Shown here one piece after another: positions 50,059 through 59,767 of a DNA stretch of 64,000 nt (positions are counted from its first letter, which is position 1; each line of letters starts with the position of its first letter). The translations under genes were made by a program, and so were the position numbers. Origin of the DNA: an uncultured Pseudomonadales bacterium (GTDB taxonomy: Bacteria; Patescibacteriota; Microgenomatia; UBA1400; CAYXSR01); the NCBI GenBank assembly GCA_964430265.1, contig CAYSEI010000005.1, positions 14,784 through 78,783 on the forward strand. The letters run 5' to 3'. The notes beneath the pieces are model-generated. The model did not search any database, was not told the origin of the DNA, and worked only from the letters and a program-made list of their open reading frames with translations.

Positions 50059-51813
50059 ATGTTTATAATAAACAAGATGTCCCATACATTTCAAGCGGCT
50101 ATTTTAATTCTAGCCACTTTACTGCTATTTGCAAGTCTATTCTTAATAACTTTCTTTGTTTTAACACAAAAAAGAATATTTCCTAATATAAGCGTTGCTG
50201 AATATTATCTTGGTTGCAAAGATAAACATAATGCAAGCCAAGAGCTTGAAAAATATTTTCAGGAGAAAAAGCAAGAAAAATTGATCTTTAGCTATCAAAA
50301 TAATACTTATCAGATATCAACAAATGCAATTGAATTAAATTATTTAGCAGACGAAAGTGTGGAAAAAGCTTTTCAAATTACTAGAAACCAAGACTTGTTC
50401 AAAAATTTAAAAATAAAATTTCAGGCATTAAAAAATAGCTTCAACCTTAAACCAGAATTTAAATACAATCAACAAAAATGGGAGCAAAAAACAGCTTCTT
50501 TTAGTGCAGAGTTGACTAATCCTCCTATCCCTCCCTCTTTGAAACTAGAGAATAATCAAATTCAGGTTGACAAAGGTCGTGAAGGTCAAGAAATTGAAAA
50601 AGAAAAACTAACAAAAAACATGGAAAGGAATTTAGCTGAATTTGCAGAAAAAGAAATTAATATTCCCATTAAAACAGTTAAACTAGATTTAAGTGAAGAA
50701 CAGATAGAAAACACTATTCTAAGAGCTGAGCAATTAATAGGTAAAAAAATTGAATTAAAAATAAACGGAGATACATGGATATTAGAAGACAAAGATCTGA
50801 TAAATTTTATTTCTTTTAAAAATAGTTATAAAGATGAGAAAATAGCTTCCTGGAGTGCTGAATTGGCTAATGCGATTAAAACAGAACCGCAAAATGCCTT
50901 GTTCCGCTTTGAAAATAATAAAGTAATTGAATTCAAACCAGCAAAAAAAGGAAGAACTTTAAAAAAAGCAGAAACTGTTTCTTTAATTAAACAAGCCTTA
51001 CAAGGCCTGGAACAAGAACAAAACCAAATTGCCCAGATTACTTTGCCAATTAAATACACGGACCCAGAAATTCAAAACAATCAAGCAAATGATCTGGGCA
51101 TTCATGAACAAATTGGTAAAGGTGAATCATATTTCCGCGGTTCTGCGGCTTCAAGGATTTTTAATCTGGATTTAGCCTCCGGAAGGCTTAACGGAATCCT
51201 TGTTCCGCCCGGAGAAGAATTTTCCTTTAACAAAAACCTCGGAGAAATATCCCAGCAAACCGGATATAAACAATCATATATCATAAAAGAAGGCAAAACT
51301 GTTTTGGGAGATGGCGGCGGTGTATGCCAGGTTTCTACTACTCTTTTCCGTGCCGCTATAAACGCAGGCTTAGAAGTAACAGAAAGACATGCACATGCAT
51401 ATCGGGTACATTATTACGAACAAAACTCACCTCTTGGCCAAGACGCTACTGTTTATTCACCTTCCGTTGATTTTAAATTCAAAAACAATACACCCAAACA
51501 CATTCTTATTCAGCGAGAAATTGACAAAAGTAATTACTACCTATCTTTTCAAATTTATGGATCTGACGATGGCAGGGATATATATGTTTCTGATACTCGT
51601 GTCTGGGATAAAGCACCCGCCCCACCGCCAAGGTACCAAGAAACTCCTACCCTTCCAAAGGAAGAAATCAGACAAATTGACTGGGCTTCGCCGGGAGCAA
51701 AAGCATCCTTTGATTATAAGGTCACCTTAAATGATCAAGTACTACAGGAAAAAACATTCTATTCCTCTTATCAACCATGGCAAGCAGTTTACTTAAAGGG
51801 TATTGGTGAATAA
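50059..51813 (+). CDS. VanW family protein with peptidoglycan-binding domains
   Basis: RIFNL; PGEEFSFN; GGGVCQVSTTLFRAA; ERHAH; DATV. Confidence 0.9.
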   Translation: MFIINKMSHTFQAAILILATLLLFASLFLITFFVLTQKRIFPNISVAEYYLGCKDKHNASQELEKYFQEKKQEKLIFSYQNNTYQISTNAIELNYLADESVEKAFQITRNQDLFKNLKIKFQALKNSFNLKPEFKYNQQKWEQKTASFSAELTNPPIPPSLKLENNQIQVDKGREGQEIEKEKLTKNMERNLAEFAEKEINIPIKTVKLDLSEEQIENTILRAEQLIGKKIELKINGDTWILEDKDLINFISFKNSYKDEKIASWSAELANAIKTEPQNALFRFENNKVIEFKPAKKGRTLKKAETVSLIKQALQGLEQEQNQIAQITLPIKYTDPEIQNNQANDLGIHEQIGKGESYFRGSAASRIFNLDLASGRLNGILVPPGEEFSFNKNLGEISQQTGYKQSYIIKEGKTVLGDGGGVCQVSTTLFRAAINAGLEVTERHAHAYRVHYYEQNSPLGQDATVYSPSVDFKFKNNTPKHILIQREIDKSNYYLSFQIYGSDDGRDIYVSDTRVWDKAPAPPPRYQETPTLPKEEIRQIDWASPGAKASFDYKVTLNDQVLQEKTFYSSYQPWQAVYLKGIGE

Positions 51814-53224
51814 GCATTTTTATTTTCTTTTACCATTATTAATAATTCTAATAATTATCTTTATTCATCCTGTGGTAGGCTTAGACCAAGATTTAGGCAG
51901 ACATATTAAATTGGGTGAAATTATTTGGAAAAACAAATCAATACCAAAAACAAACCTTTTTTCTTATACCCATCCTAACTTTCCTTTTATTAATCACCAC
52001 TGGCTGCCAGAAGTGCTTTTTTACTTATTCCAAATTAATTTTGGTTTTAACTCTCTAATAATTTTTAAAACAATTATTTTAAGCTTAACTTTTTTTATTT
52101 TATCCTATTTTACTTATAAAAAAGCTCCACATTCTTTAACAATAATTTTTAGCTTACTTTCCTTAATGCTTTTTTCCCGTCGTTCGTGGATCAGGCCAGA
52201 AATGTTTTCTTATTTTTTCACCTCTATATATTTAATAGCTCTTTTTTTAAAGAAAGATACAAAAATCAAGTGGATACTCCCTTTAATTCAGCTTGTTTGG
52301 GTAAATTCACACATCTATTTTTTTATTGGCCCTTGCCTAGCTTTTTTTTATTTAATCAAGAATATTTTAGATAACAAAAATAAAATTAATAAAAACAAAA
52401 GTTCTTTTTTTATTTTTTTTCTTGTCTGCTTGAGCAATTTAATAAATCCCAACTTTTTAAAAGGAGCCTTTTATCCATTTTTTGTTTTGAAAAATTATGG
52501 TTATCAAATAGTTGAAAATCAAACTATTTTTTTCATGAGCCGTTATACCAGGAGTCTTTACCTACCCGTTTTTTGGTTAATGCTTTTACTTTGGATTTTT
52601 AGTGCTGCACTTAATAGAAAAAAACAAAACTTTTTTTCTGTTTCATCTTTGCTTTTCTTTACCGCAATGGTTTTTAAAGCAATCCGTAGCAGCGCTTTTT
52701 TTGCACTTGCTTTTTTACCTTTTACCTCTATCAATACTTATCAATTTGTCAGAAATATTAAACCAGAAATGAAAAAAAACCTCTTGTATGTACCACTGGT
52801 TTTACTTTTACCTCTACTTTTTCTTCTTGTTATTCAGAAACCGGAAACCACAAGTTTTGGGATTAAATCTAAAGGTAAAGAAGGCGTTGATTATGTTTTA
52901 AAAGAAAAACTCCAAGGACCAATATTTAATAATTTTGATATTGGTGGATATTTAATTTACCGCCTATATCCCGATTACAAAGTTTTTGTTGACAACCGCC
53001 CTGAGGCATATCCAAAAGATTTTTTTAGACAAGAATATATCCCTGCCCAGAATAACCCTGAGAAGTGGGAAGAGCTGGAAAAAAAGTATGGCTTTAAGTT
53101 GGTAATCTTTTCAAAAACAGACATTACTCCATGGGGAAGAAAATTTACACAATGGTTTCCCCAAAAAAAAGACTGGAAAGAAGTTTACTCAGACGATTAT
53201 TTGCTCATCCATAAAAAAATATGA
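51803..53224 (+). CDS. Polytopic membrane protein, possible GT-C-fold glycosyltransferase
   Basis: About 10 TMs; DLGRHIKLG, NHHWL, RPE, WVNSH, GGYL, FVDNRPE. Confidence 0.65.
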   Translation: MVNKHFYFLLPLLIILIIIFIHPVVGLDQDLGRHIKLGEIIWKNKSIPKTNLFSYTHPNFPFINHHWLPEVLFYLFQINFGFNSLIIFKTIILSLTFFILSYFTYKKAPHSLTIIFSLLSLMLFSRRSWIRPEMFSYFFTSIYLIALFLKKDTKIKWILPLIQLVWVNSHIYFFIGPCLAFFYLIKNILDNKNKINKNKSSFFIFFLVCLSNLINPNFLKGAFYPFFVLKNYGYQIVENQTIFFMSRYTRSLYLPVFWLMLLLWIFSAALNRKKQNFFSVSSLLFFTAMVFKAIRSSAFFALAFLPFTSINTYQFVRNIKPEMKKNLLYVPLVLLLPLLFLLVIQKPETTSFGIKSKGKEGVDYVLKEKLQGPIFNNFDIGGYLIYRLYPDYKVFVDNRPEAYPKDFFRQEYIPAQNNPEKWEELEKKYGFKLVIFSKTDITPWGRKFTQWFPQKKDWKEVYSDDYLLIHKKI

Positions 53225-53241
53225 TAAAATTGGGGTTGTTC

Positions 53242-53313
53242 GCCTGGATAGCTCAGTGGCAGAGCAATCCCCTTGTAAGGGATAGGTCGTGAGTTCAACT
53301 CTCACTCCAGGCT
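53242..53313 (+). tRNA. tRNA-Thr(UGU)
   Basis: GCCTGGA...ATCCC-CT-TGT-AA-GGGAT...GTTCAACT...TCCAGGCT. Confidence 0.95.
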
Positions 53314-53328
53314 CATTTTTAATTTAAA

Positions 53329-53871
53329 TTACTTTTCTTCTTTTTTCTTGGGTTTGATATTTTTTTTCAGTATCTTACGAATTCGCTTTTTTGCTTCGGA
53401 AATCGATTTACCTGTTACACAAGATATTTCTTGTGCTAATTGGCGTAAAGATCTTTTAAATACTTTGTTTTTTGAAGTAGAGCTACGGTCCAAAACATGC
53501 TTGTAAATATATACACTTTTTAAAACATCTACCAGTTCAGACGGGTCATTTGAGTTAGCCATTTTTCTTAATTTCATAGTACCGGGCAAGTTTTCTTCAT
53601 CCATTTCATCTTTAAATTCTCCCAGTAATTCCTCCAATTCTTTTTCAGTTACTGCTTTTCTCATTTTTATTTGATCAACATTGTCAACCGGAAAAGAAAC
53701 CCTTAGACTATCTTTACGTCTGCCATAACGGGGTTCAAGAAAAAAATATTTCTTTTTTTCACCATCTATTGTTTCTTTCTCTTTTTTCTCAACTATTTCA
53801 AATATTCCTTTGGGGCTAACTAACATATCCCCTACTTTAAATTCTCTGTTTTCATTATCTTCAGAAGCCAT
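53329..53871 (-). CDS. CarD-family transcription factor-like protein
   Basis: FKVGD..V.P.G N-terminal RID pattern; PVDN....MR; L.QEIS.V C-terminal helix. Confidence 0.75.
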   Translation of the reverse strand: MASEDNENREFKVGDMLVSPKGIFEIVEKKEKETIDGEKKKYFFLEPRYGRRKDSLRVSFPVDNVDQIKMRKAVTEKELEELLGEFKDEMDEENLPGTMKLRKMANSNDPSELVDVLKSVYIYKHVLDRSSTSKNKVFKRSLRQLAQEISCVTGKSISEAKKRIRKILKKNIKPKKKEEK

Positions 53872-53951
53872 TTTTTACTCCCTTATAAATTAATATTAAA
53901 CCTTGTTTAAGCTTACCAATTTGATACATAATATGAAGAAGAACAGGTATA

Positions 53952-53980
53952 ATTATACAAAAAACAGGGGTAAAAGTCAA
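53952..53980 (-). promoter_or_regulatory. Sigma70 promoter of the carD-like gene
   Basis: TTGACT-17 nt-TATAAT. Confidence 0.75.
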
Positions 53981-53988
53981 AAAAGAGC

Positions 53989-55944
53989 TTAATAAATAAA
54001 TCTGCCTACTTGATATTTTTTCAACTCTTTGAGTAAGTTTTGCAATGGAACTGTTGCCACTGCAACATAGCTGTCAGCTGCCCCGTAATACACATAAACC
54101 AAACCTTCAATTACTATATTTCCACAACCAAAAACAGTATTTGCCCGAAAACCTTCATTTTCATAATCCGCTTCCGCCTCAAAAATCGGATAATCAATTC
54201 TTGCCAGAACCTGTAAAGGATTTTCCAAATCCAAAAGTGCTGCACCAAGCCGGTATCCGTCGTCTCTTGAGGAAACTCCGTGATAAAGAATAATCCAGCC
54301 TTCCTCAGTCCAGATCGGCTGCCCCCCGATCCCAATTTTTTTATCGTCCCACTTGCCTGTTCTGGGTTGCATTACAATCTCTCCTTCTACCCAGTCATCT
54401 TTGCCAAAATCCAAGTCTTCTTCAAAATCAAGCCAGATACATGGTTCTATCCTGTGAAAAATTGCATATTTACCACCGATTTTTTGCGGAAATAACGAAG
54501 CATCTTTATCTCCAATTCCCGGTGGCGATATTAAAGAAGGCTTACTCCATTCCCAATTTCTATTTAAAAAATCCTTTTCCTTTATTTTTGACATACCAAT
54601 ACGCCAATGGTCTTTACCATTAAATGCGGTATAGCACATATATAAATATTTGCCTAACTTAACAATTCTGGGATCTTCACACCCGGAAAAGCCTGGCTTT
54701 TTTTTAACTTCAAAATCCTCACGCGGAGTATAAATTGGCTCTTCCAAGCGCTCATCAATTTTAAAACCGTCTTTACTTTTTGCATAACCAATTACTGAAG
54801 TATCATCTTCCCCCATTGCCCGGTATAAAATATGGACTTCGTTGTTCAAATATATTGCTCCGGGATTAAAAGTATATTTACTTTCCCATTTATTTTCTTT
54901 TTTTGGTTTAATAATCGGATTGTCTTTAATCCTTTCTAATTTTAAATCATCTATTTCACCCATGTAATAATGCTTTTTTTTCCAGGATGTCATTTCGTGT
55001 AAAAGCTCTTTTAAATTTGTTTGTGCCATACAACAACGCGTATCTGCCGCTCCGTAATAGATGAATAACTGATTATTTTCAACTCTGGCTCCAGAAGGAA
55101 ATACAATATTGGGAATTTGTCCATATTTTTCATATTCCTCCTGCGGAACCAATAAAGGTTCCTGTGTCTTGCCAATAATTTTTAAAGGATCATTTTTATC
55201 AAGCAAAACAGCCTGGATTTCAAAAACTTTGGGAGAAGACAAGTAGTTTCTGATATAGCTGTAAACAAGCAAAAAACCCTTATCAGTTTCAACAGGCGCA
55301 GCCCCTACTTCAATATGATCCTCTCTTTTTAACTGCAAAGGGAGATCATATTTGTCTACTGCTAAACGCCAGTTCTGCCAATATTTTCGATCCCAAAGAT
55401 CTTCAATCTTATTAAAAAAAGCCAGTGCAACATGCGCGGGTGGAGAATCCGTATCCACAGTTAAAACCGCTACATATTGTCCGTTTATTTTTCTGGGAAA
55501 AAGTCCCATTGCTTTAGAGTTAAAATGGGTAACCAAATGCTTTTCATCAATAGTTTTAAAATCCTTAGTCAAAGCAACCCCAATCTTAATTCCATAAGCA
55601 TTGGGAGGATAATTAGAAAGCGCTGTATAAAAAATATAAAAGGTATCATCCACTTTACAAACTCTGGGATCCTCACATCCATACATTTCCCAATCCTTTT
55701 CAGGGACAATCAACTCGCGTCTATTTTTAAAATTGTCTTTTTCTTTTCCTTCCGCCACCCCAATGGTGGAAAGAGAAATTTCCTGACCATGCCATTCCTT
55801 GGGAGAAGATTCAGCTCGATAAAGCATAAAATAGTTTTTACCTTTTTTGGCAATGCTGGGGTTAAATACTGCCTTTGCTTCCCAATCACTCTCATGATTA
55901 GGGCCTAAAATTGGATTATTGGAATAACGCTTAACTTTTACCAT
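53989..55944 (-). CDS. Tandem double GH130 (beta-mannoside phosphorylase/hydrolase) protein
   Basis: Two copies of FNP, LYRA, GCEDPR, YTA and YYGAAD. Confidence 0.9.
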   Translation of the reverse strand: MVKVKRYSNNPILGPNHESDWEAKAVFNPSIAKKGKNYFMLYRAESSPKEWHGQEISLSTIGVAEGKEKDNFKNRRELIVPEKDWEMYGCEDPRVCKVDDTFYIFYTALSNYPPNAYGIKIGVALTKDFKTIDEKHLVTHFNSKAMGLFPRKINGQYVAVLTVDTDSPPAHVALAFFNKIEDLWDRKYWQNWRLAVDKYDLPLQLKREDHIEVGAAPVETDKGFLLVYSYIRNYLSSPKVFEIQAVLLDKNDPLKIIGKTQEPLLVPQEEYEKYGQIPNIVFPSGARVENNQLFIYYGAADTRCCMAQTNLKELLHEMTSWKKKHYYMGEIDDLKLERIKDNPIIKPKKENKWESKYTFNPGAIYLNNEVHILYRAMGEDDTSVIGYAKSKDGFKIDERLEEPIYTPREDFEVKKKPGFSGCEDPRIVKLGKYLYMCYTAFNGKDHWRIGMSKIKEKDFLNRNWEWSKPSLISPPGIGDKDASLFPQKIGGKYAIFHRIEPCIWLDFEEDLDFGKDDWVEGEIVMQPRTGKWDDKKIGIGGQPIWTEEGWIILYHGVSSRDDGYRLGAALLDLENPLQVLARIDYPIFEAEADYENEGFRANTVFGCGNIVIEGLVYVYYGAADSYVAVATVPLQNLLKELKKYQVGRFIY

Positions 55945-55957
55945 AAAGCCTTTAATT

Positions 55958-57769
55958 TTATACTATCTTAAGATTTGCGGTTCCTGAAGTTTTTAATTCG
56001 TTTAAAAATTGATCCATTTTTGCTTCCGCTCCGCAAGTAACTGTATCTGCACCGCCATAATATACTAATAGTTTACCGTCTTTTTCTACTGCTCCGCAAG
56101 GGTAAGCTACCCCAGCTTTAAAACCTTGGTTTTCATACCAACACTGTGGCTCTAAAATTGGAGAATTTGTCCGATATAAAACTTTTTTGGGGTCATCTTT
56201 ATCCAGAAGCATAGCTCCCATTTTGTAATCGTAACAACCTTTGTCAGCTACTGCATGATAGATAACCAGCCAACCCTCGTCAGTTTCAATCGGTGTTGGA
56301 CCCACTCCCACTTTGCGACTGTCCCAGCGCTCTTTTCTTGGCTCTATTTTGTACTTACCTTGCAAAAACTTTGTTTCTCCGTCAAAATCTAGGTCGTCTA
56401 CGTAATCAATTAGAATATTGGGATATATCCGATGAAATATTACATACTTACCGTTTACTTTTTTAGGCAAGATACAAGAATTTTTGTCAACTACGCCGGG
56501 TTTGGAAATTAAAACCGGATCCTCCCAATTCCAATTCTGGTTACGGAAATCGTTTTCATCAATTGAAGACATTGCCACTCGAGGGTGACTGTAACCACTG
56601 TAAGCAACATATGTCAGATATATACGTCCTTCCAACCTTGTCAAACGCGGATCTTCACATCCTCCCCATCCTCCTCCAGAAGCATAAGGAGTATAACCTT
56701 GCGGTGCTCCCATATGTGCACCTTCAAATTTTTTACGGGGATAATAAACCGGCTCATTTAAACGCTTTTTAATTTTAACTCCGTCTTCACTTGAAGCATA
56801 ACCTAAAACAGACCTTCCGTCATCTCCTACCGCACGGTAAAGAATATGGACTTCATCATCCAATTTAACTGCCGCCGGATTGAAAACAGCCTGCGATTCC
56901 CAAAAATTTTCTTTGATTGGGCCTAAAAGAGGATTATTTTTAAATTTATTCAATAAAGGAATGGGTGAACTGAACTTAACTTCTTCTTTAAATTCCGGCC
57001 GAGGATAAAAATGGTTTTCTGCAAAAATACCCTCACCTTTAATTTGCCAATAAGAAAAAATCTGGTTTTTGTGTCCAATTACTCCGATTGGGCTAACTTC
57101 TTTTTCTTCCCAGCTTTGCGGTTGTTTCCATAAAGACGAACCTTTTTCCCAAATTATTTTCTCCGGGTTATTTTTATCAACCAAAACCAATTCCAAGCTG
57201 TAGTTACTATTATTTTCAGGATTGTATAAAAAGAAAATAATTAAATTTCCACCGCTTAAGGGGATAATATTACCAATCTTAATCACTCTTTTATCCTGTA
57301 GTTTGGGATCTAATCCCAAAATCGGTTTTTCTGCCTTTTCCCAATTTACAAAATCTTTTGAATAAGCAACTTTTAATTCTTTTTCACCATAATACAAAAC
57401 TACTTTGTCATTATGTTTATAGCTGGGAACTAACATTCCTAATTTACTAATTCCTTTGATTTTTCCTACTTCTCCCCAGTGAGTTAAATCATCAGAATAA
57501 GCAAGTTTTAAATTTTTGTTGCGCAGGTAGGTTAAAAAATAGTGTTCTGCAAAAAAAGCCGGCCGCCATTCCTTAATCTCAGCTACTTTTATATCTTCAC
57601 CAGTTTTACTTTTTAAAACAAGCTTTTTTTTGAACGGCTCAAAATCAAATCCATCGCGGCTTTCGTTGATAGCAAAGTTTTTCTTTGATTTTTTACCAGA
57701 CCCAAAAAGAAGAATCCTTTTCCCAATATTTGCAACACCTAATCCAGTAAAGGCATTTTTTCCTTCCAT
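55958..57769 (-). CDS. GH130 protein with degenerate N-terminal beta-propeller
   Basis: C-half has FNPAA, LYRA, GCEDPR, YYGGAD; N-half has Asp-box-like SDDL.HW and SKDF.NW. Confidence 0.88.
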   Translation of the reverse strand: MEGKNAFTGLGVANIGKRILLFGSGKKSKKNFAINESRDGFDFEPFKKKLVLKSKTGEDIKVAEIKEWRPAFFAEHYFLTYLRNKNLKLAYSDDLTHWGEVGKIKGISKLGMLVPSYKHNDKVVLYYGEKELKVAYSKDFVNWEKAEKPILGLDPKLQDKRVIKIGNIIPLSGGNLIIFFLYNPENNSNYSLELVLVDKNNPEKIIWEKGSSLWKQPQSWEEKEVSPIGVIGHKNQIFSYWQIKGEGIFAENHFYPRPEFKEEVKFSSPIPLLNKFKNNPLLGPIKENFWESQAVFNPAAVKLDDEVHILYRAVGDDGRSVLGYASSEDGVKIKKRLNEPVYYPRKKFEGAHMGAPQGYTPYASGGGWGGCEDPRLTRLEGRIYLTYVAYSGYSHPRVAMSSIDENDFRNQNWNWEDPVLISKPGVVDKNSCILPKKVNGKYVIFHRIYPNILIDYVDDLDFDGETKFLQGKYKIEPRKERWDSRKVGVGPTPIETDEGWLVIYHAVADKGCYDYKMGAMLLDKDDPKKVLYRTNSPILEPQCWYENQGFKAGVAYPCGAVEKDGKLLVYYGGADTVTCGAEAKMDQFLNELKTSGTANLKIV

Positions 57770-57884
57770 ATCATCATAATATCAACATTAAATATTTTTG
57801 TCTATTTGTATTTTTAAATTAGCCATTTTTTCAATTGAAACTAAGTTCCAAAATAGATAGAATTATATGTGAAAGGAGGTCTCA

Positions 57885-58367
57885 ATGGGAACAGAAGGTA
57901 AAAAAATTGTTGGCCTAGACATTGATGAACTTGTTAAAAAATTAAACCAGGCATTGGCAGACGAATGGCTCGCCTATTACCAATATTGGATTGGTGCCAA
58001 AATTGCAATGGGACCAATGCGAGGAGCCGTTGTTGTAGAGTTGGTTGAACATGCAAACGACGAACTCAGACACGCTGATATGCTGGTAGAACGCATTCTA
58101 CAATTGGGGGGAACTCCAATTATAGAGCCAAAAGAATGGTATGAATTAACCAACTGCGGTTATGAAACACCAAAAAACCCCAAGGTTTCTGCTCTTTTAA
58201 AGCAGAACATTAAAGGAGAACAATGTGCAATCAAAGTCTATTCCAAACTTGCAAAAATGACCAAAGACAAAGATCCACTCACCTACAATATGATTGTAGA
58301 AATTTTGACTGATGAAGTTGAACACGAAGAGGATCTGGAAGCTTTACAAGAAGACATGCAAGTATAA
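57885..58367 (+). CDS. Ferritin-like DPSL protein
   Basis: ADEWLAYYQYW, EHANDELRHA, GEQCAI, DEVEHE; SD AAGGAGGT. Confidence 0.9.
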   Translation: MGTEGKKIVGLDIDELVKKLNQALADEWLAYYQYWIGAKIAMGPMRGAVVVELVEHANDELRHADMLVERILQLGGTPIIEPKEWYELTNCGYETPKNPKVSALLKQNIKGEQCAIKVYSKLAKMTKDKDPLTYNMIVEILTDEVEHEEDLEALQEDMQV

Positions 58368-58400
58368 AAGCTTTATTAAAAAGCTTAAAGGGCCCGGAAT

Positions 58401-59021
58401 TTATTTCCGGGTCTTTTTTTTGAATTTTAAAGTCTTTTTATAGTCCCTTGCTGCTTCAAAGAAAAAGTAGGAAAAATAAAAAAGCAAAGGCATGCCGCTA
58501 AAAGCAATCAAAGGAATTCTTCCCATTAAAAACAAAATGGTTATTATCAAACCGGCCAATGCATTATCAATAAAACCAAAAATCATTACATAGTAAGCAA
58601 TTTTTTCTTTGTAAAAACGGTACGGTAGATAGTAAATAGCTGCACCCAATAAAGACATTCCTCCTAAAATCCTCCAGTAGATTGATCCTAATCCCATAAT
58701 TTCACTTAAGTAACGAGGCGATAATAACAAGAAAATTCCCCAAGGAAACACTAATAGAATCAGATTTACCAAAAGTGTCTGCTTAAACCAATCCATACGT
58801 TCTTTAATCCTTTTTTTGCTCAGCTTATGCCCTTTATCAATTAGGATCAAATATACAAAGAGTGAATAAAAAGATAAAATAATCCAGCTTTCATATGCCC
58901 ATAATCTGCGGTCAAGCACTACTGATCTTGGTGTACTGACAAAATGATAAAAAGCATACAAAAAACCGGTAATAAAATTCAAGTGGATAAAAAAATAAAA
59001 AAGCCTTTTTGTTCTATTCAT
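58401..59021 (-). CDS. Hypothetical integral membrane protein
   Basis: About six hydrophobic segments. Confidence 0.7.
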   Translation of the reverse strand: MNRTKRLFYFFIHLNFITGFLYAFYHFVSTPRSVVLDRRLWAYESWIILSFYSLFVYLILIDKGHKLSKKRIKERMDWFKQTLLVNLILLVFPWGIFLLLSPRYLSEIMGLGSIYWRILGGMSLLGAAIYYLPYRFYKEKIAYYVMIFGFIDNALAGLIITILFLMGRIPLIAFSGMPLLFYFSYFFFEAARDYKKTLKFKKKTRK

Positions 59022-59071
59022 ATTTATATTTTAAAATTTGATTTGCAATAAAGTCAAATTACAATCTAAAC

Positions 59072-59755
59072 TTAATTTGCAGGTGCTTTACCGTAAATAA
59101 CCACTTCCGTTCCCGGATTGTCCTGGCTAGCATAAACACTTTGCCTGCCATTCAGCTCCGGCTTTGCCCAATAATATAATTTAGCAGCGTCTTCTGTTCT
59201 TAAATTAATACATCCATGTGACATCGGATTCCCAAAATTATTGTGCCAATAAGTTCCATGGAGAGCAAAACCGCGCCAACGCGCAATTCGGTTATTAGCA
59301 AAAAACATTGTATAGGGAACATTAGGAAGATAATAATAAGTACCCAATTCTTTGGAACCGCCTTCCATAAGCGTATAGCGTAATTTAACCCAAATTCTAA
59401 ATGTTCCGGTAGGCGTCCATCCCCATTTTCCGGATGACACTAAAAAGTTGTGAACCAATTCATTACCTTCAAATGCATACAAACGCTGCTTATTTAAATC
59501 AACATAGATTCTTTTTTTGGCAGTACTTTCTCCTAAAACAGCTTCTTCATCTTTCTTTTCCGGACTGTATGTATAAGTTACTCGTGGATCTGTACATGAG
59601 TTAAATTTACCACCATGAAAATCAGCTACTTTTTCTTCCGGTTTATACCTGCCTGACAAATCAAACTCATACGGTTGCGTATATTTAAATGCCATGAGGG
59701 AAAGGATAAAAAGGTTAAAAGCTCCCAGCAGTTTTATAAATCCATTATCTTTCAT
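59072..59755 (-). CDS. L,D-transpeptidase (YkuD family)
   Basis: VSSG...TPTG; LHGTYWH; SHGCINL. Confidence 0.92.
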   Translation of the reverse strand: MKDNGFIKLLGAFNLFILSLMAFKYTQPYEFDLSGRYKPEEKVADFHGGKFNSCTDPRVTYTYSPEKKDEEAVLGESTAKKRIYVDLNKQRLYAFEGNELVHNFLVSSGKWGWTPTGTFRIWVKLRYTLMEGGSKELGTYYYLPNVPYTMFFANNRIARWRGFALHGTYWHNNFGNPMSHGCINLRTEDAAKLYYWAKPELNGRQSVYASQDNPGTEVVIYGKAPAN

Positions 59756-59767
59756 CTTTTTAATATA

